64,000 nt of DNA from TPA_inf: Saccharomyces (taxonomy: Eukaryota). Each line of letters starts with the position of its first letter. Positions within the stretch are counted from its first letter, which is position 1. Shown here piece by piece: positions 37,480 to 50,299 of the stretch. Under the pieces are notes generated by a model. It saw nothing but the letters and a program-made list of their open reading frames with translations. It was not told the origin of the DNA and searched no databases. A program made the translations under genes and the position numbers. The stretch lies in the NCBI GenBank assembly GCA_000146045.2, contig BK006946.2:416001-480000 (forward strand), in the 5' to 3' direction.

Positions 37480-38014
37480 TATTTTTGTTTACTTTGCTAC
37501 TTTTGCCCGTTAATATACCTTAAAAACTGTATTTGCGAGTTGCAAAAGGCAGAATAGTGCTGAGTTGCTTCCCCTTATAATTAAATAATGATCATTAATC
37601 AAAGATCTGACATATATGCCTTCGGTAGAAAAGGTGGCAGGTTACAGGGTGAAAACATCCGTACATCATATACAATTCATTGTTTCGAAAACAAACGAAC
37701 GGGACACTAGAGACCAATAAAAACGTTTCAGAACGTCTTGGTAGCGTTCAGTTCTGATTATGAACGGAAAGCAATAGCTAGTATTGATACACCTCCAGTT
37801 TCTAGTCATTCACCCCAAGTAAGCATAATATTTAACGTTCTGTGACCTACATACCTCGTAATTAGTGATAATTATCTTTTGAAAATTTTTGGAATAACTG
37901 AAAAATTTTGAAAACTTTCGAGCTTTGAAGAAAAAACGATGCCCATCACTAATAGAAGTCCCTTGAAACAGTTTTTGCTAAGAACAGGCCTAAGGATCAT
38001 AATATAGAAATAAA

Positions 38015-39556
38015 ATGTCGACTGCTAGGCCTAGAATAATCACTTCGAAGGCTCCATTATTGCCTCAACAGACTACCCCGGAGCAGCGTTACTGGCGTCA
38101 ATACACTTCCGCACAACTGGTTAAAGAACATAATAGCGTTACTCACATATCATTCAATCCTCAACATCCTCATGATTTTGCAGTAACTTCCTCAACCAGA
38201 GTTCAAATATTTTCTTCAAGAACTAGGCAAGTGATCAAGACCTTTTCAAGATTTAAAGATGTTGTCTATTCTGCATCCTTTAGGAGTGATGGTAAATTGC
38301 TTTGTGCCGGTGATGCTACCGGTTTAGTGTCTGTATACGACAGTTATAATCCCAGGACTATCCTTTTATCTATAAACGCTTCCACACATCCCACACATGT
38401 TACGAAATTCCATACGCAAGATAACAAAATTCTGGCTACGGCGAGTGACGATAGAGTGACAAGACTTTGGGATATATCCAACGCATATGAGCCACAATTA
38501 GAGCTCACCGGAGCTACTGACTATGTTCGTACCTTATCATTTATCCCAGCAGCCCCACATTTGGTTGCAACAGGCTCATACGACGGTTTGATCAGATTAT
38601 ATGACACAAGATCTAGCGGATCCACGCCAATTTATTCTCTGAATCATGACCAACCTGTTGAAAATGTTATTGCAGTATCTCCAACCCAAATTGTTTCTTG
38701 CGGTGGCAATAATTTCAAAGTGTGGGACTTGACCAGTAACAAGAAATTATACGAACGTGGCAATTTCAATAAGGCTGTGACATGCTTGGACTATGTTGAA
38801 AATTTTGATTCTCCAATGCAATCGGCGTTGATCGCTTCTTCCTTAGATGGTCATGTCAAAGTCTTTGATCCTTTAGACAATTTCCAAGTCAAATTTGGCT
38901 GGAAATTTTCGGGTCCCGTACTAAGTTGTGCTGTCTCCCCTAGTACCGCACAAGGGAATAGGCATTTAGTAGCAGGTTTATCATCAGGACTACTAGCCAT
39001 TAGAACTAAAAAGAAAGAGAAACGTTCTTCCGATAAAGAAAACGCACCCGCCAGTTTTAATAAGAATGCGAAAAGTAATAACTTCCAGAGAATGATGCGA
39101 GGCTCGGAATACCAAGGTGATCAAGAGCATATAATCCACAATGATAAGGTAAGATCTCAACGTCGTATGCGTGCATTCGAAAGGAACATAAATCAGTTTA
39201 AATGGAGCGAAGCACTCGACAATGCCTTTGTACCAGGTATGGCCAAAGAGTTGACACTTACTGTTCTTCAAGAACTACGCAAACGTGGCAAAGTTCGTGT
39301 AGCGCTATATGGTAGAGATGAATCTACATTAGAGCCGCTACTGAATTGGTGCTTAAAAGGTATTGAAGATGTGAGATCAGCATCTATTGTAGCGGATTGG
39401 GTCGCCGTGGTTTTAGAATTATATGGGAATACGTTAGAAAGCTCTCCAGTTCTTCAAGAATTGATGATAGATTTGAAAACTAAAGTTAGACATGAAATTC
39501 ATAAGTCTAAAGAAGCTCAAAGAATTGAAGGTATGCTTCAACTTTTAACGAGTTAA
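38015..39556 (+). CDS. UTP15: U3 snoRNP / SSU processome t-UTP subunit (WD40)
   Basis: 513 aa; N-terminal WD40 and C-terminal Utp15 domain; matches YMR093W. Confidence 0.9.
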   Translation: MSTARPRIITSKAPLLPQQTTPEQRYWRQYTSAQLVKEHNSVTHISFNPQHPHDFAVTSSTRVQIFSSRTRQVIKTFSRFKDVVYSASFRSDGKLLCAGDATGLVSVYDSYNPRTILLSINASTHPTHVTKFHTQDNKILATASDDRVTRLWDISNAYEPQLELTGATDYVRTLSFIPAAPHLVATGSYDGLIRLYDTRSSGSTPIYSLNHDQPVENVIAVSPTQIVSCGGNNFKVWDLTSNKKLYERGNFNKAVTCLDYVENFDSPMQSALIASSLDGHVKVFDPLDNFQVKFGWKFSGPVLSCAVSPSTAQGNRHLVAGLSSGLLAIRTKKKEKRSSDKENAPASFNKNAKSNNFQRMMRGSEYQGDQEHIIHNDKVRSQRRMRAFERNINQFKWSEALDNAFVPGMAKELTLTVLQELRKRGKVRVALYGRDESTLEPLLNWCLKGIEDVRSASIVADWVAVVLELYGNTLESSPVLQELMIDLKTKVRHEIHKSKEAQRIEGMLQLLTS

Positions 39557-39824
39557 GGAAATATTAGCATATAGATTTTAATTTGTATCTATTTTATAGA
39601 TATTCAGGCATACATATATATCTCTTTCTCATTGTAATCGAAAAAAATAATATCTTCTCTTTTTATTGAAAAAAGGAACCTGTATAAATTTCATTTTAGA
39701 GTGCTTTGCATTTTGATACGTTTTCGCGTTTAACTACCTTCGAGGGCTTGAAAACAAAACATTGTGAGATGAGATGCTATCAACAGAAAGCTGACTGTGA
39801 GTCCCCAGAAGTCCATGTCGCTTG

Positions 39825-41261
39825 ATGCCTTCTTTCAATCCTGTTAGATTCTTAGAGTTACCAATTGACATTAGAAAAGAAGTTTACTTCCATTTAGATG
39901 GTAATTTTTGCGGAGCACATCCCTACCCAATAGATATATTATACAAATCTAATGATGTGGAGCTTCCAGGAAAACCAAGTTATAAAAGGTCTAAGAGATC
40001 TAAGAAATTATTGAGATACATGTATCCTGTTTTTGCCACGTATTTGAACATTTTCGAATACTCTCCGCAACTCATTGAAAAATGGCTTGAGTATGCATTT
40101 TGGTTGCGCTATGATTGCCTGGTTTTGGACTGTTTCAAAGTAAACCATCTTTATGACGGAACGCTTATAGATGCATTAGAATGGACGTACCTTGATAATG
40201 AACTTCGACTGGCCTACTTCAATAAGGCCAGTATGTTAGAAGTTTGGTATACTTTTAAAGAGTACAAGAAGTGGGTGATAGACAGTGTTGCTTTTGACGA
40301 GCTTGACTTACTTAATGTAAGTAATATTCAATTCAACATTGATAATCTAACTCCACAACTAGTAGACAAATGCTTATCAATTTTAGAACAGAAAGATTTA
40401 TTCGCAACAATCGGGGAGGTACAATTTGGACAAGATGAAGAAGTAGGAGAAGAGAAAGATGTTGATGTTAGTGGAGCTAATTCTGACGAAAACTCCTCAC
40501 CTAGCTCCACAATTAAAAACAAGAAAAGGTCAGCATCCAAAAGATCACATTCAGATAATGGCAATGTGGGAGCAACGCACAACCAACTAACAAGTATTTC
40601 TGTTATAAGAACAATAAGAAGTATGGAATCCATGAAGAGCCTGCGGAAGATCACTGTGAGAGGAGAGAAATTATATGAGTTGCTAATAAATTTTCATGGG
40701 TTCAGAGACAATCCTGGTAAAACGATTAGTTACATAGTGAAACGTAGGATAAATGAAATACGCCTATCACGCATGAATCAAATTTCCAGAACCGGACTAG
40801 CTGACTTTACAAGATGGGACAACTTGCAAAAGCTTGTATTAAGTAGAGTAGCTTACATCGACCTGAATAGCATTGTCTTTCCCAAAAATTTTAAATCTCT
40901 GACAATGAAACGTGTAAGTAAAATCAAGTGGTGGAACATCGAGGAAAATATACTAAAGGAACTAAAAGTCGATAAGAGAACTTTTAAATCGTTGTACATA
41001 AAGGAAGATGATAGTAAATTCACAAAATTTTTTAATTTACGACACACAAGAATAAAAGAGCTTGACAAAAGTGAAATTAATCAAATAACATACCTTCGAT
41101 GTCAAGCAATAGTTTGGCTATCTTTTCGGACTTTGAACCATATCAAGCTACAAAATGTATCTGAAGTTTTTAACAATATCATCGTACCTAGAGCATTGTT
41201 CGATAGTAAACGAGTAGAGATTTATCGATGTGAAAAAATCTCTCAGGTTTTGGTAATATAA
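39825..41261 (+). CDS. CTF13: CBF3 kinetochore complex F-box/LRR subunit
   Basis: 478 aa from the ATG (the track's first codon is TTG); matches YMR094W. Confidence 0.85.
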   Translation: MPSFNPVRFLELPIDIRKEVYFHLDGNFCGAHPYPIDILYKSNDVELPGKPSYKRSKRSKKLLRYMYPVFATYLNIFEYSPQLIEKWLEYAFWLRYDCLVLDCFKVNHLYDGTLIDALEWTYLDNELRLAYFNKASMLEVWYTFKEYKKWVIDSVAFDELDLLNVSNIQFNIDNLTPQLVDKCLSILEQKDLFATIGEVQFGQDEEVGEEKDVDVSGANSDENSSPSSTIKNKKRSASKRSHSDNGNVGATHNQLTSISVIRTIRSMESMKSLRKITVRGEKLYELLINFHGFRDNPGKTISYIVKRRINEIRLSRMNQISRTGLADFTRWDNLQKLVLSRVAYIDLNSIVFPKNFKSLTMKRVSKIKWWNIEENILKELKVDKRTFKSLYIKEDDSKFTKFFNLRHTRIKELDKSEINQITYLRCQAIVWLSFRTLNHIKLQNVSEVFNNIIVPRALFDSKRVEIYRCEKISQVLVI

Positions 41262-41284
41262 AAATGTGGAAAACCGGCGGTATT

Positions 41285-41959
41285 TTAATTAGAAACAAAC
41301 TGTCTGATAAACCAATCATGAAATCTTGTATCACTGTCAGCAAGCTCTGGATGAAAAGAAGTCACAAGGATATTATGATTTTGCGTTGCAGCTACAACCA
41401 CATCCTTTCCATTCACTGGCAATTCATATAAACTTTTAACCGCGATAGGATCAAGAATTCTCTCGATCACGGGTGCGCGAATAAATGTAGCAGGAAAATT
41501 ATCACAGCCAGGTATGAAATTGGAAAAATCACACTTTTGTGTAAAAGATTGAGCTTGTCTTCCAAATGCGTTTCTTCTCACGTCGACCTTCAACACACCT
41601 AAAGTCTTTACTAGGGCACTTTCGTTTTCTAATTGCGCGCTTAAAAAGATGAGACCAGCACAAGTACCCCAAACTACCTTTTCCGGATTATGAACAAATT
41701 CGTATAAACAAGGATATAAGCCTGTTCTTTGAGCGATGAGGGACATCGACGTAGATTCTCCTCCGGGAATAATTAAGGCGTCGCACTGGGCTAGATCCTC
41801 AGGAGTTTTTACAGTTTTGATTTCTATCTTTATTCCGTAGTCGTTTTCAGCCAAACACCTTTTTAAATGGTTGGTATGCTCCAAAAAGGCACCTTGCAAC
41901 GCCAAAACCCCAATTACTTTCATCGACTTTCCGGACATTGTACTGTGGGTTTTGTGCAT
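41285..41959 (-). CDS. SNO1: PLP synthase glutaminase subunit (PdxT/Pdx2 family, class I GATase)
   Basis: 224 aa with a GATase Cys (GTCAG). It is divergently paired with SNZ1. Confidence 0.9.
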   Translation of the reverse strand: MHKTHSTMSGKSMKVIGVLALQGAFLEHTNHLKRCLAENDYGIKIEIKTVKTPEDLAQCDALIIPGGESTSMSLIAQRTGLYPCLYEFVHNPEKVVWGTCAGLIFLSAQLENESALVKTLGVLKVDVRRNAFGRQAQSFTQKCDFSNFIPGCDNFPATFIRAPVIERILDPIAVKSLYELPVNGKDVVVAATQNHNILVTSFHPELADSDTRFHDWFIRQFVSN

Positions 41960-42407
41960 ACTTTAAGATATGGTTTTTCTTTCTATTTAACGAAATGAAA
42001 TAATAAGAAAAAAAAACCTGGTGGCATCAACGTGATTTTTGGAAGAAAGAATAAAACATTCAAAGAGTTCGTGACCAGTTATTGCTGATAAATGCCGTTT
42101 ACTGACTCAGTTGGAATTTATGGCACTAGTTGGAATAGCTCATCATGACATAATGACTCAGCCGACAAGGGTAAGGGTTGAAAGCCGGGCTTTTTCACTA
42201 CTTTTCAGGTAGCGCCGCCATTTCTTCATGACTCTGACACACTCTGCCGCACCGTTAGTTACGTCTGTAATTCTGGCTGCGAAGTACCATTTTCGATATA
42301 AATAGGAGGACGCTGAGAGCTATGGACGAAGTCTATGGTATTGTTGGAGAAACCTTTAGGAACGACTAGCAAATATACACAGTACTAATATTCAGTTAAT
42401 TATCACG
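41960..42407. promoter_or_regulatory. SNO1–SNZ1 bidirectional promoter with three Gcn4 sites (TGACTC) and a TATA element
   Basis: TGACTCA at 42103–42109 and 42154–42160. TGACTC at 42229–42234. TATATAAATAGG at about 42297. Confidence 0.7.
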
Positions 42408-43301
42408 ATGACTGGAGAAGACTTTAAGATCAAGAGTGGTCTCGCCCAAATGTTAAAAGGTGGCGTTATTATGGATGTTGTTACTCCAGAGCAGGCAAAA
42501 ATAGCTGAAAAATCTGGTGCATGTGCGGTAATGGCATTAGAATCCATCCCAGCAGATATGCGTAAGTCAGGAAAGGTTTGCCGCATGTCAGATCCGAAGA
42601 TGATTAAGGACATCATGAACTCCGTTTCCATTCCCGTCATGGCTAAGGTAAGGATTGGCCATTTTGTTGAAGCTCAAATTATTGAGGCATTGGAAGTTGA
42701 CTATATTGACGAAAGTGAAGTCTTGACTCCTGCTGATTGGACTCACCACATTGAAAAGGACAAATTCAAAGTTCCATTTGTTTGTGGCGCTAAAGACTTA
42801 GGTGAAGCTTTGAGAAGAATTAATGAAGGCGCCGCTATGATTCGTACCAAGGGTGAAGCTGGAACGGGCGATGTCTCTGAAGCCGTCAAGCATATAAGGA
42901 GAATTACAGAGGAGATAAAGGCGTGCCAACAATTGAAGAGCGAAGATGACATTGCAAAAGTTGCTGAGGAAATGAGGGTACCAGTTTCTTTGCTGAAAGA
43001 TGTTTTAGAAAAAGGTAAGTTGCCAGTAGTAAATTTTGCTGCAGGTGGTGTAGCAACGCCAGCCGATGCCGCATTGTTAATGCAGTTGGGTTGTGATGGT
43101 GTGTTTGTTGGCTCAGGAATTTTTAAATCATCTAATCCTGTAAGGTTGGCCACTGCAGTAGTAGAGGCTACCACTCACTTTGACAATCCCAGCAAATTGT
43201 TGGAAGTATCTAGTGACTTAGGAGAGTTAATGGGTGGTGTATCAATCGAATCTATTAGTCATGCTTCCAATGGAGTAAGACTTTCCGAAATTGGGTGGTG
43301 A
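42408..43301 (+). CDS. SNZ1: PLP synthase subunit (PdxS/Pdx1 family)
   Basis: 297 aa; highly conserved (β/α)8 PdxS sequence; matches YMR096W. Confidence 0.92.
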   Translation: MTGEDFKIKSGLAQMLKGGVIMDVVTPEQAKIAEKSGACAVMALESIPADMRKSGKVCRMSDPKMIKDIMNSVSIPVMAKVRIGHFVEAQIIEALEVDYIDESEVLTPADWTHHIEKDKFKVPFVCGAKDLGEALRRINEGAAMIRTKGEAGTGDVSEAVKHIRRITEEIKACQQLKSEDDIAKVAEEMRVPVSLLKDVLEKGKLPVVNFAAGGVATPADAALLMQLGCDGVFVGSGIFKSSNPVRLATAVVEATTHFDNPSKLLEVSSDLGELMGGVSIESISHASNGVRLSEIGW

Positions 43302-43423
43302 TTTCTTTGAACAGGTATTTTGAGCATTATAACACTTTTTCCCCCCTCAACTTTGTATTACTCGGTACACATTGTAAAATGATCTAATTATTAGATAAGC
43401 TTATGTATGCTGGATATTATTTA

Positions 43424-44527
43424 CTAGAATACTTGATTGGGGTTCCCTTTTAGTTTGTTAGACAATCCCTCATACGAAAGATCTCCTAACTTTTCCAATT
43501 GATCATTTACATAGTTTTTATAAGAAAACTCGTCATTATTCAACAGTACCTCAGGGTCAAATATGATACCCTTTCCATGCAACCTCCATTTGTTAGTCCA
43601 CTCGATAGCCGTTGATTTTTCATTTTGGCTTTTATTCACTTGAAGCCTTCTTAAAACATCATATATATCATTTGTGGGAGAATTGGTGCTTCCAGGGTAA
43701 AGCTCTGTTCTTCCATCGTTCAAATTTTGCAAGTTCATTAGGTATAAAAGGTAATCCGCTTGAAATATTGGATCTACAAGGTTATTTTTAACACTACCAC
43801 ACAACGCCAGTCCTAGCATTCTATTATGATCTGAAACGCGACCGGGAACACCGATTCCTGGAGTATCTATCAAGTATATTTCATTTCTTGATTCCGTATT
43901 CCGTGAAGTTACTCTAATAACCTCGCTTGTGGCTCTAGTAACACCAGCTTCTGCACCAGTTTTGGCTACTTTCTTAAATTTTCTTCCCATATTCACTTGA
44001 TTGTGAAAAATTGTCCTCAAGCTATTTATTAAAGTAGATTTTCCAACATTTGGCATGCCAGTAATCAATGCTCGGTATCCCATAGGTAGATATCCGCCAT
44101 TTGTTTCTAGTTCGTAATTTTGCCATTCTAGTATTTTTAGTAGATTCCTGACGTCAGTTTTGTTTCGGCAATCCAGTAAAATAAACTTTTCTCCCAGCTC
44201 TTCATGCCAATTCTTTAACTTTCCTATATATGGCTTATTGCCGGGCATAAGATCCTTTCTAGTGTATACCACTAATTTCATCACATCGTGTTCCTTTCTT
44301 GCTATTCGATCGAAAACCACATTCCTTGTAGATAACGGGGCACGTATATCACGTAGTTCTATTATCATATTCATTTGAGGAAGCAACTTTTCAAATGTTT
44401 TAAGAGCTTTGACTTGGTGTCCCTTGAAATCAGTGAGAGGCATACTGTACTTTGGAAATTCATATCTTGGTGTGAAGGATGAAACGTTGGAAATTATTTT
44501 CCTAGTTCCTCTCACATTTATGTGCAT
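43424..44527 (-). CDS. MTG1: Mitochondrial ribosome-associated GTPase (YlqF/RbgA family, circularly permuted G domain)
   Basis: 367 aa with G1 motif GMPNVGKST and DTPG; matches YMR097C. Confidence 0.88.
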   Translation of the reverse strand: MHINVRGTRKIISNVSSFTPRYEFPKYSMPLTDFKGHQVKALKTFEKLLPQMNMIIELRDIRAPLSTRNVVFDRIARKEHDVMKLVVYTRKDLMPGNKPYIGKLKNWHEELGEKFILLDCRNKTDVRNLLKILEWQNYELETNGGYLPMGYRALITGMPNVGKSTLINSLRTIFHNQVNMGRKFKKVAKTGAEAGVTRATSEVIRVTSRNTESRNEIYLIDTPGIGVPGRVSDHNRMLGLALCGSVKNNLVDPIFQADYLLYLMNLQNLNDGRTELYPGSTNSPTNDIYDVLRRLQVNKSQNEKSTAIEWTNKWRLHGKGIIFDPEVLLNNDEFSYKNYVNDQLEKLGDLSYEGLSNKLKGNPNQVF

Positions 44528-44770
44528 TTCTGTATTTGATTTGGCTTTTTTGCATTCAGGTCTGAGTAATGAGCATTATCATTCGTTCTTTCTTCTCCTA
44601 ATAACTAAACCAAATTGTTTCGAAAAGACAAAAATTGTGTACTTTTGACATGATGGTCCGTGTTCTTTGATCTGCGGCAAAATGAACCTACCATGTGGCA
44701 GAATTAAATATTTGATTCAAATATAAATAAGGCGAACGACGAGAGATTAAGATATTATATACAGGTAATA

Positions 44771-46609
44771 CTATTGATTGTTTGTTCCACGGACTAGGAA
44801 TTCTTCCAATGTGGAATTCTCCATTCCAGCGGTTTTTAATAACGCTTTAATGGAGTTGCATAACTCCGGAGTTACGTTAACATTTAAACGTCTGATCCAT
44901 AGCAAATGACCATTATTTACGATTTTCGATATAACGTGACTATCACCGCTTTGATTGATAACATTTATAAATTCATTCCAGGGCCTTTTGTCCTGACCTT
45001 CCCCTTCCGTTGGTGTGATAGCTTCCCAGACTTGAAGTAGCTTATTCCAGTCTTTGATTTTGGCCAAGTTTTGCAATATTGAGACAATCATGCCTGAAGT
45101 CAACTTATCTCCAAATGTTTGGAAAATGTGGTCTATTGTCTCGTAGAGTGATCTCAATTTTACCCGTTCATCCGCGACCATGGAATTTAAAAGAAGGGAT
45201 ATTACCACTTCATCGTAAACAACTGAGCCATCGTCCTCTGTTTGTAGACCTTTAAATAGGTTCAAAGCTCTGATAATCACCCTATTTTGCTTTACTAGGT
45301 TAAAGTATGAATGACTAGAATGCTGCGTTTTCAAAACCATTTCTAAAAGAGCGATTAGATCTTCCCTTATTAACTCTTGCCCCAACGATTTTTTTAAAAG
45401 TAGATAATCCTTGAGGAAAACACGATCTGAATAAAATTGTGGGTCTGCTTTGTTTAGAAGTATCGCATATTCTAGTCGTAGTGGCCAATATGCAGCCGAT
45501 TGATTTATGGTTAAAAAAGTTGAATGTTCGTCAAATAAGGACTTCCATTGAACAACATCTACTTTCCTCTCTTGTCCTACCAAATCCTTTAAAGTATTTT
45601 TAACATGCTCCAAAGTACGTATATTGTGAGTTTCAGTACCACTACTACTCTGAATTATCTTATTGGCTCCTTTGAAGTCTTCCTTTTGTAGAAAGTATCT
45701 TAAATTACTTAGCCCGTTTGGGTTGATAGTTGAATACCTTCTCCTTTGCTGGGCCAGTCTTCTTAGGCCTAAAAGAATATTATTGTTGCTTGAAATTTCA
45801 TTTACCCCTGAAATAGTAGGGACATTACCTGAATCTATATTTTGGAACTTAGATTTCTCATTTTCAGGTGCATACAGCTCTTCTAAATTCAATTCATTAC
45901 GCCTTCTCTGTGTCAAAATATTTACAAAAATACCATCGACACGACAATCAATCATATACCAAGCCTCACTATTTAAGTCTTTTGCAGAGCATTCAGAGCT
46001 TCTACCTAATAGTTTACTAAGGTTGGATTTTCTTGCTAATCTTCTTTTTCTTCTACTTTCTTGTCGCTCATTAAAGTTTCCTTCAACGTATGCACTACTA
46101 CAGAATTCGTGCTTCAAAAACTTGTTCAACTCTAAGAAACTTTTATGACAATGTTTGGTAGATCTTGCTGTACATATGACCATGAAGTCACCCAACTTAT
46201 TAACGGCTGAAACAGAGTTTGGGCTTTTCTTCCGTAAATCGAAAACCAGGAAGTCATCCAGACCAAGTTTACCAGTTAGGAGGTCTGCTATTTTTCTTAA
46301 TGAGTTTGGAGAGGTTTTAGGTATCTCCAATTCTTTGTTCATCGTGTGGTGGTTATTTTTCTTACCTTCCATTAGTTCCTTTTCATTGTCAACAATCCTG
46401 AGGTACCAAGGTGTTTCCAGAGGGGTAAAAGTAGACTTTTTGGATACACGACTTTGTTCATGACTGTCATTTTTGCCCTTTGTCGAGTAATAAACTGCTG
46501 TGATGTGACTATGAAGAAAATAAGGGCCCTTTTTGAATAATATGGTAAAAGGAATATTGGCCACGCCTATCCTCTTGCCATGGAAAGGTAGTAGACAGAA
46601 TTTATTCAT
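44771..46609 (-). CDS. ATP25: Mitochondrial ATP synthase (OLI1 mRNA stability/assembly) factor
   Basis: 612 aa from the internal ATG ([13 protein letters not shown]); matches YMR098C. Confidence 0.8.
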
Positions 46610-47127
46610 GTCAACAAACCTCAATTTTTGAATAAGCAGGCTATTACACTTAATCTTCACTTGGTGTCGATCTTTCTTAGTAGCTTAACTTGCTTTTTTT
46701 TTTTTTGGCTGAATGGTCCTCATTGTTTCTCTTTATCGGGATGAAAAGCATAATTATCAGAAGATTGCAAGTATATTAGAAGAGAGGTTAGAAAAAGATG
46801 TCAAGAAATACTAGTAAAAACAAATACCATTACTGTGTACTAGAGTACTATTTAAGAAAGACGGATTATTTCTAAAGTTACGATAGTTCGGATGATTGTG
46901 ACCCCATTTCTAATAAAACCAATATTATCAGGTATATAGAAATGCTGCAGGATCTTTTCAAGCATATATGATACCACCAAAAAAGTGTAAAATCCCATAT
47001 AATATAACGTTCTTCTATTTGTTTCGTACAGTTCGCTGATTGGTATTATTACATCAGGAATATTGTATGTTCGCTTCGTTAAAGTTTGATCGCTGTTTCC
47101 TATATGCGGCGTCTAATATATAGATGA

Positions 47128-47461
47128 TGAGAATTTGACAAATAATGAGAATTGTTAGGATCCAATTATACTTAACAGCTATAATAATAGTACACAAAAT
47201 ATACTAAAAGTTCTCCTCGAGGATATAGGAACCCTCAAATGGAATCCATATTTCTACATAATAGTATTACGATTATTCTTCACTCTGTTTTACATGTTTC
47301 ATTATCCTATTACATTATCAATCCTTGCATTTCAGCATCCTCTAACTTCGATGACAGCTTCTCATACCTTATGCCATCATCTAACACCGTATATCATAAT
47401 ATACTGGTAGTGTGACTACTAGTTGATAGACGATAGTTGATTTTTGATTTTTATTCCAACA
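47128..47461 (-). mobile_element. Solo Ty1/Ty2 delta LTR (about 334 bp, near full length)
   Basis: Ends ...TATTCCAACA (reverse complement of TGTTGGAATA) and starts TGAGAAT... (reverse complement of ...TTCTCA). Internal CTCGAGGATATAGGAAC, GGAATCCATATTTCTACATA and TAATAGTATTACGATTATTC match delta. It lies 93 bp upstream of tRNA-Asp. Confidence 0.85.
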
Positions 47462-47553
47462 GTCCTGATGATAAGTTACTGTCAAAGACATAATTATTAT
47501 CAAAATATATGGTATTAGATGGACTGGTAAAAGTACAAAACTTCAGAAATTTG

Positions 47554-47625
47554 TCCGTGATAGTTTAATGGTCAGAATGGGCGCTTGTCGCGTGCCAGAT
47601 CGGGGTTCAATTCCCCGTCGCGGAG
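47554..47625 (+). tRNA. tD(GUC): tRNA-Asp (anticodon GUC)
   Basis: TCCGTGATAGTTTAATGGTCAGAATGGGCGCTTGTCGCGTGCCAGATCGGGGTTCAATTCCCCGTCGCGGAG matches yeast tRNA-Asp exactly. It is followed by a T7 Pol III terminator. Confidence 0.93.
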
Positions 47626-47933
47626 ATTTTTTTATCAGACCAGGTGGGTGTTGTTTGATCATCACAAAGTAGAATTCAGTGTCATTTTTAAAAACGTTAC
47701 TTAATTTTACGATAATATGCTGCCAGAACAAGTTTAACAATACGCTTTTGGCAATTTGTTCTTGCTGCACTTGGAATTAAATAAGAGTCTTAGTAAACAG
47801 AATGTTGCTTTAGTTGTTCGTCAACAAAAACAAAGATAAAGGATGGAGGTAATCAAATAGCCCACATTAAGAAAAGTATACAACTGGGAATTTACTTTAT
47901 AAAAATTACCGTTGCTACATTTTTTTATATTAT

Positions 47934-48860
<927 letters not shown>

Positions 48861-50299
48861 TTACCAAAGGCTTATAATGAACCTCAGAATCACCTCTTTA
48901 TTCATTTCTAGGGACCTACTAAGTTTTCTTTCGGCGTGAAAAATAAAAGGCGCATTGGTGACCCCATTTGCGATACCTTTTTATGGAAAGACAGCTTGAA
49001 GAAAGACCTTGTTATCATTGACTGCGTCTAGCGAACGAGGACATCTACACACTATTTCTTCTGCTGCAATGATTGATGCCGTTTAGATGAATGGTCGGGA
49101 CGTAACTTATGTTTTAAGAAGAAGGCACTTTTCCTGGTGCAATAGATGAATCTCGGTTTCAAGTTAACTATATAAATATGGGGTTGGCATTATATGTCAT
49201 GCTTTATTATAATTAGGCATATAAAACTACATGGTTATGAAAGGCGCTGGCAGTAAAAGGGTTGTTTGTCAATGGCAAGAATTAATCATTCTCGCATTGA
49301 AATATATGTAGATCGAGGTGAACTGTTAGATGGTCCATCAGACATTTATTATTTTGACTTATGTATTTCCCTCTCAATTTTGTTATCAGTAATCGAGTCA
49401 TGTGTACTTTAAAGTTCATATTCTCACGTTTTTCGCAAGATATTAGCCGCCAATAGCAACTCCGAATAATAAGAGCTATATAAAGGCCGTTGAAGCCCAC
49501 GGAAAGAGAAAGAAAACTAATAGTTATTACAATATAGACCGTTGGTTTTTTCTTTCCCTCCTGGAGCAGCTGCGTATAGTTACTACCTAAGAAGTGGGCT
49601 AGAAGTTGGCTAGAAGTGGGCTACTTAATATATATCTTTGGATACATAGAAAGGAACCAGGAAAAAGGAAAATTATTTAGATGGCTTCCATAAGTTTATG
49701 ATGGTTCAAACGGCAAAAAGCCTTTTGACTATTTTTCTTGGTTGAACTATCTTCTTATTAGGCCTACTACAACAATGCATCGAGCTAGGATAACAACTAG
49801 AATACTTTGGTTATGTATTGTATGGGTGTTCAGTGGCAAAATTTGAGAGTTGGGTTATTGATGGTCGGCCTATACAAACGAAAGACCTAGAGCAGCTCAC
49901 AAGGAAGAAAGTGCTGGACAAACTTCCCTACCTGAAGAGAAAAATATCCGTTTTTTATATAGTTTCTGTAAGTGTGCACAGTGACTTCCTCATTAGAGCG
50001 ATATAGATAATTTGAGACTTTATTTATTTTTTATTTTTGTTGGTTCTCATATTCAACCTTCCATTTATCTAAGTTGAACCATTAAACATTCCCTTTTTTA
50101 CTTTGCTAATTTCATCATACCCATTGATCAACTATAAGTGAAACTTGGGAATCTTCCATTATACAAAGGTGAGGTCCCTATTTGTTGCATTTTTCAATTC
50201 ATTTCCCTGGGAGTTTTTGTTTGTTTTTGCTATATTAACATATCATAACAGCGTATAGAACGTAATTTGAAATATTCAAAACAAAGAAAAGGTAAAGAA

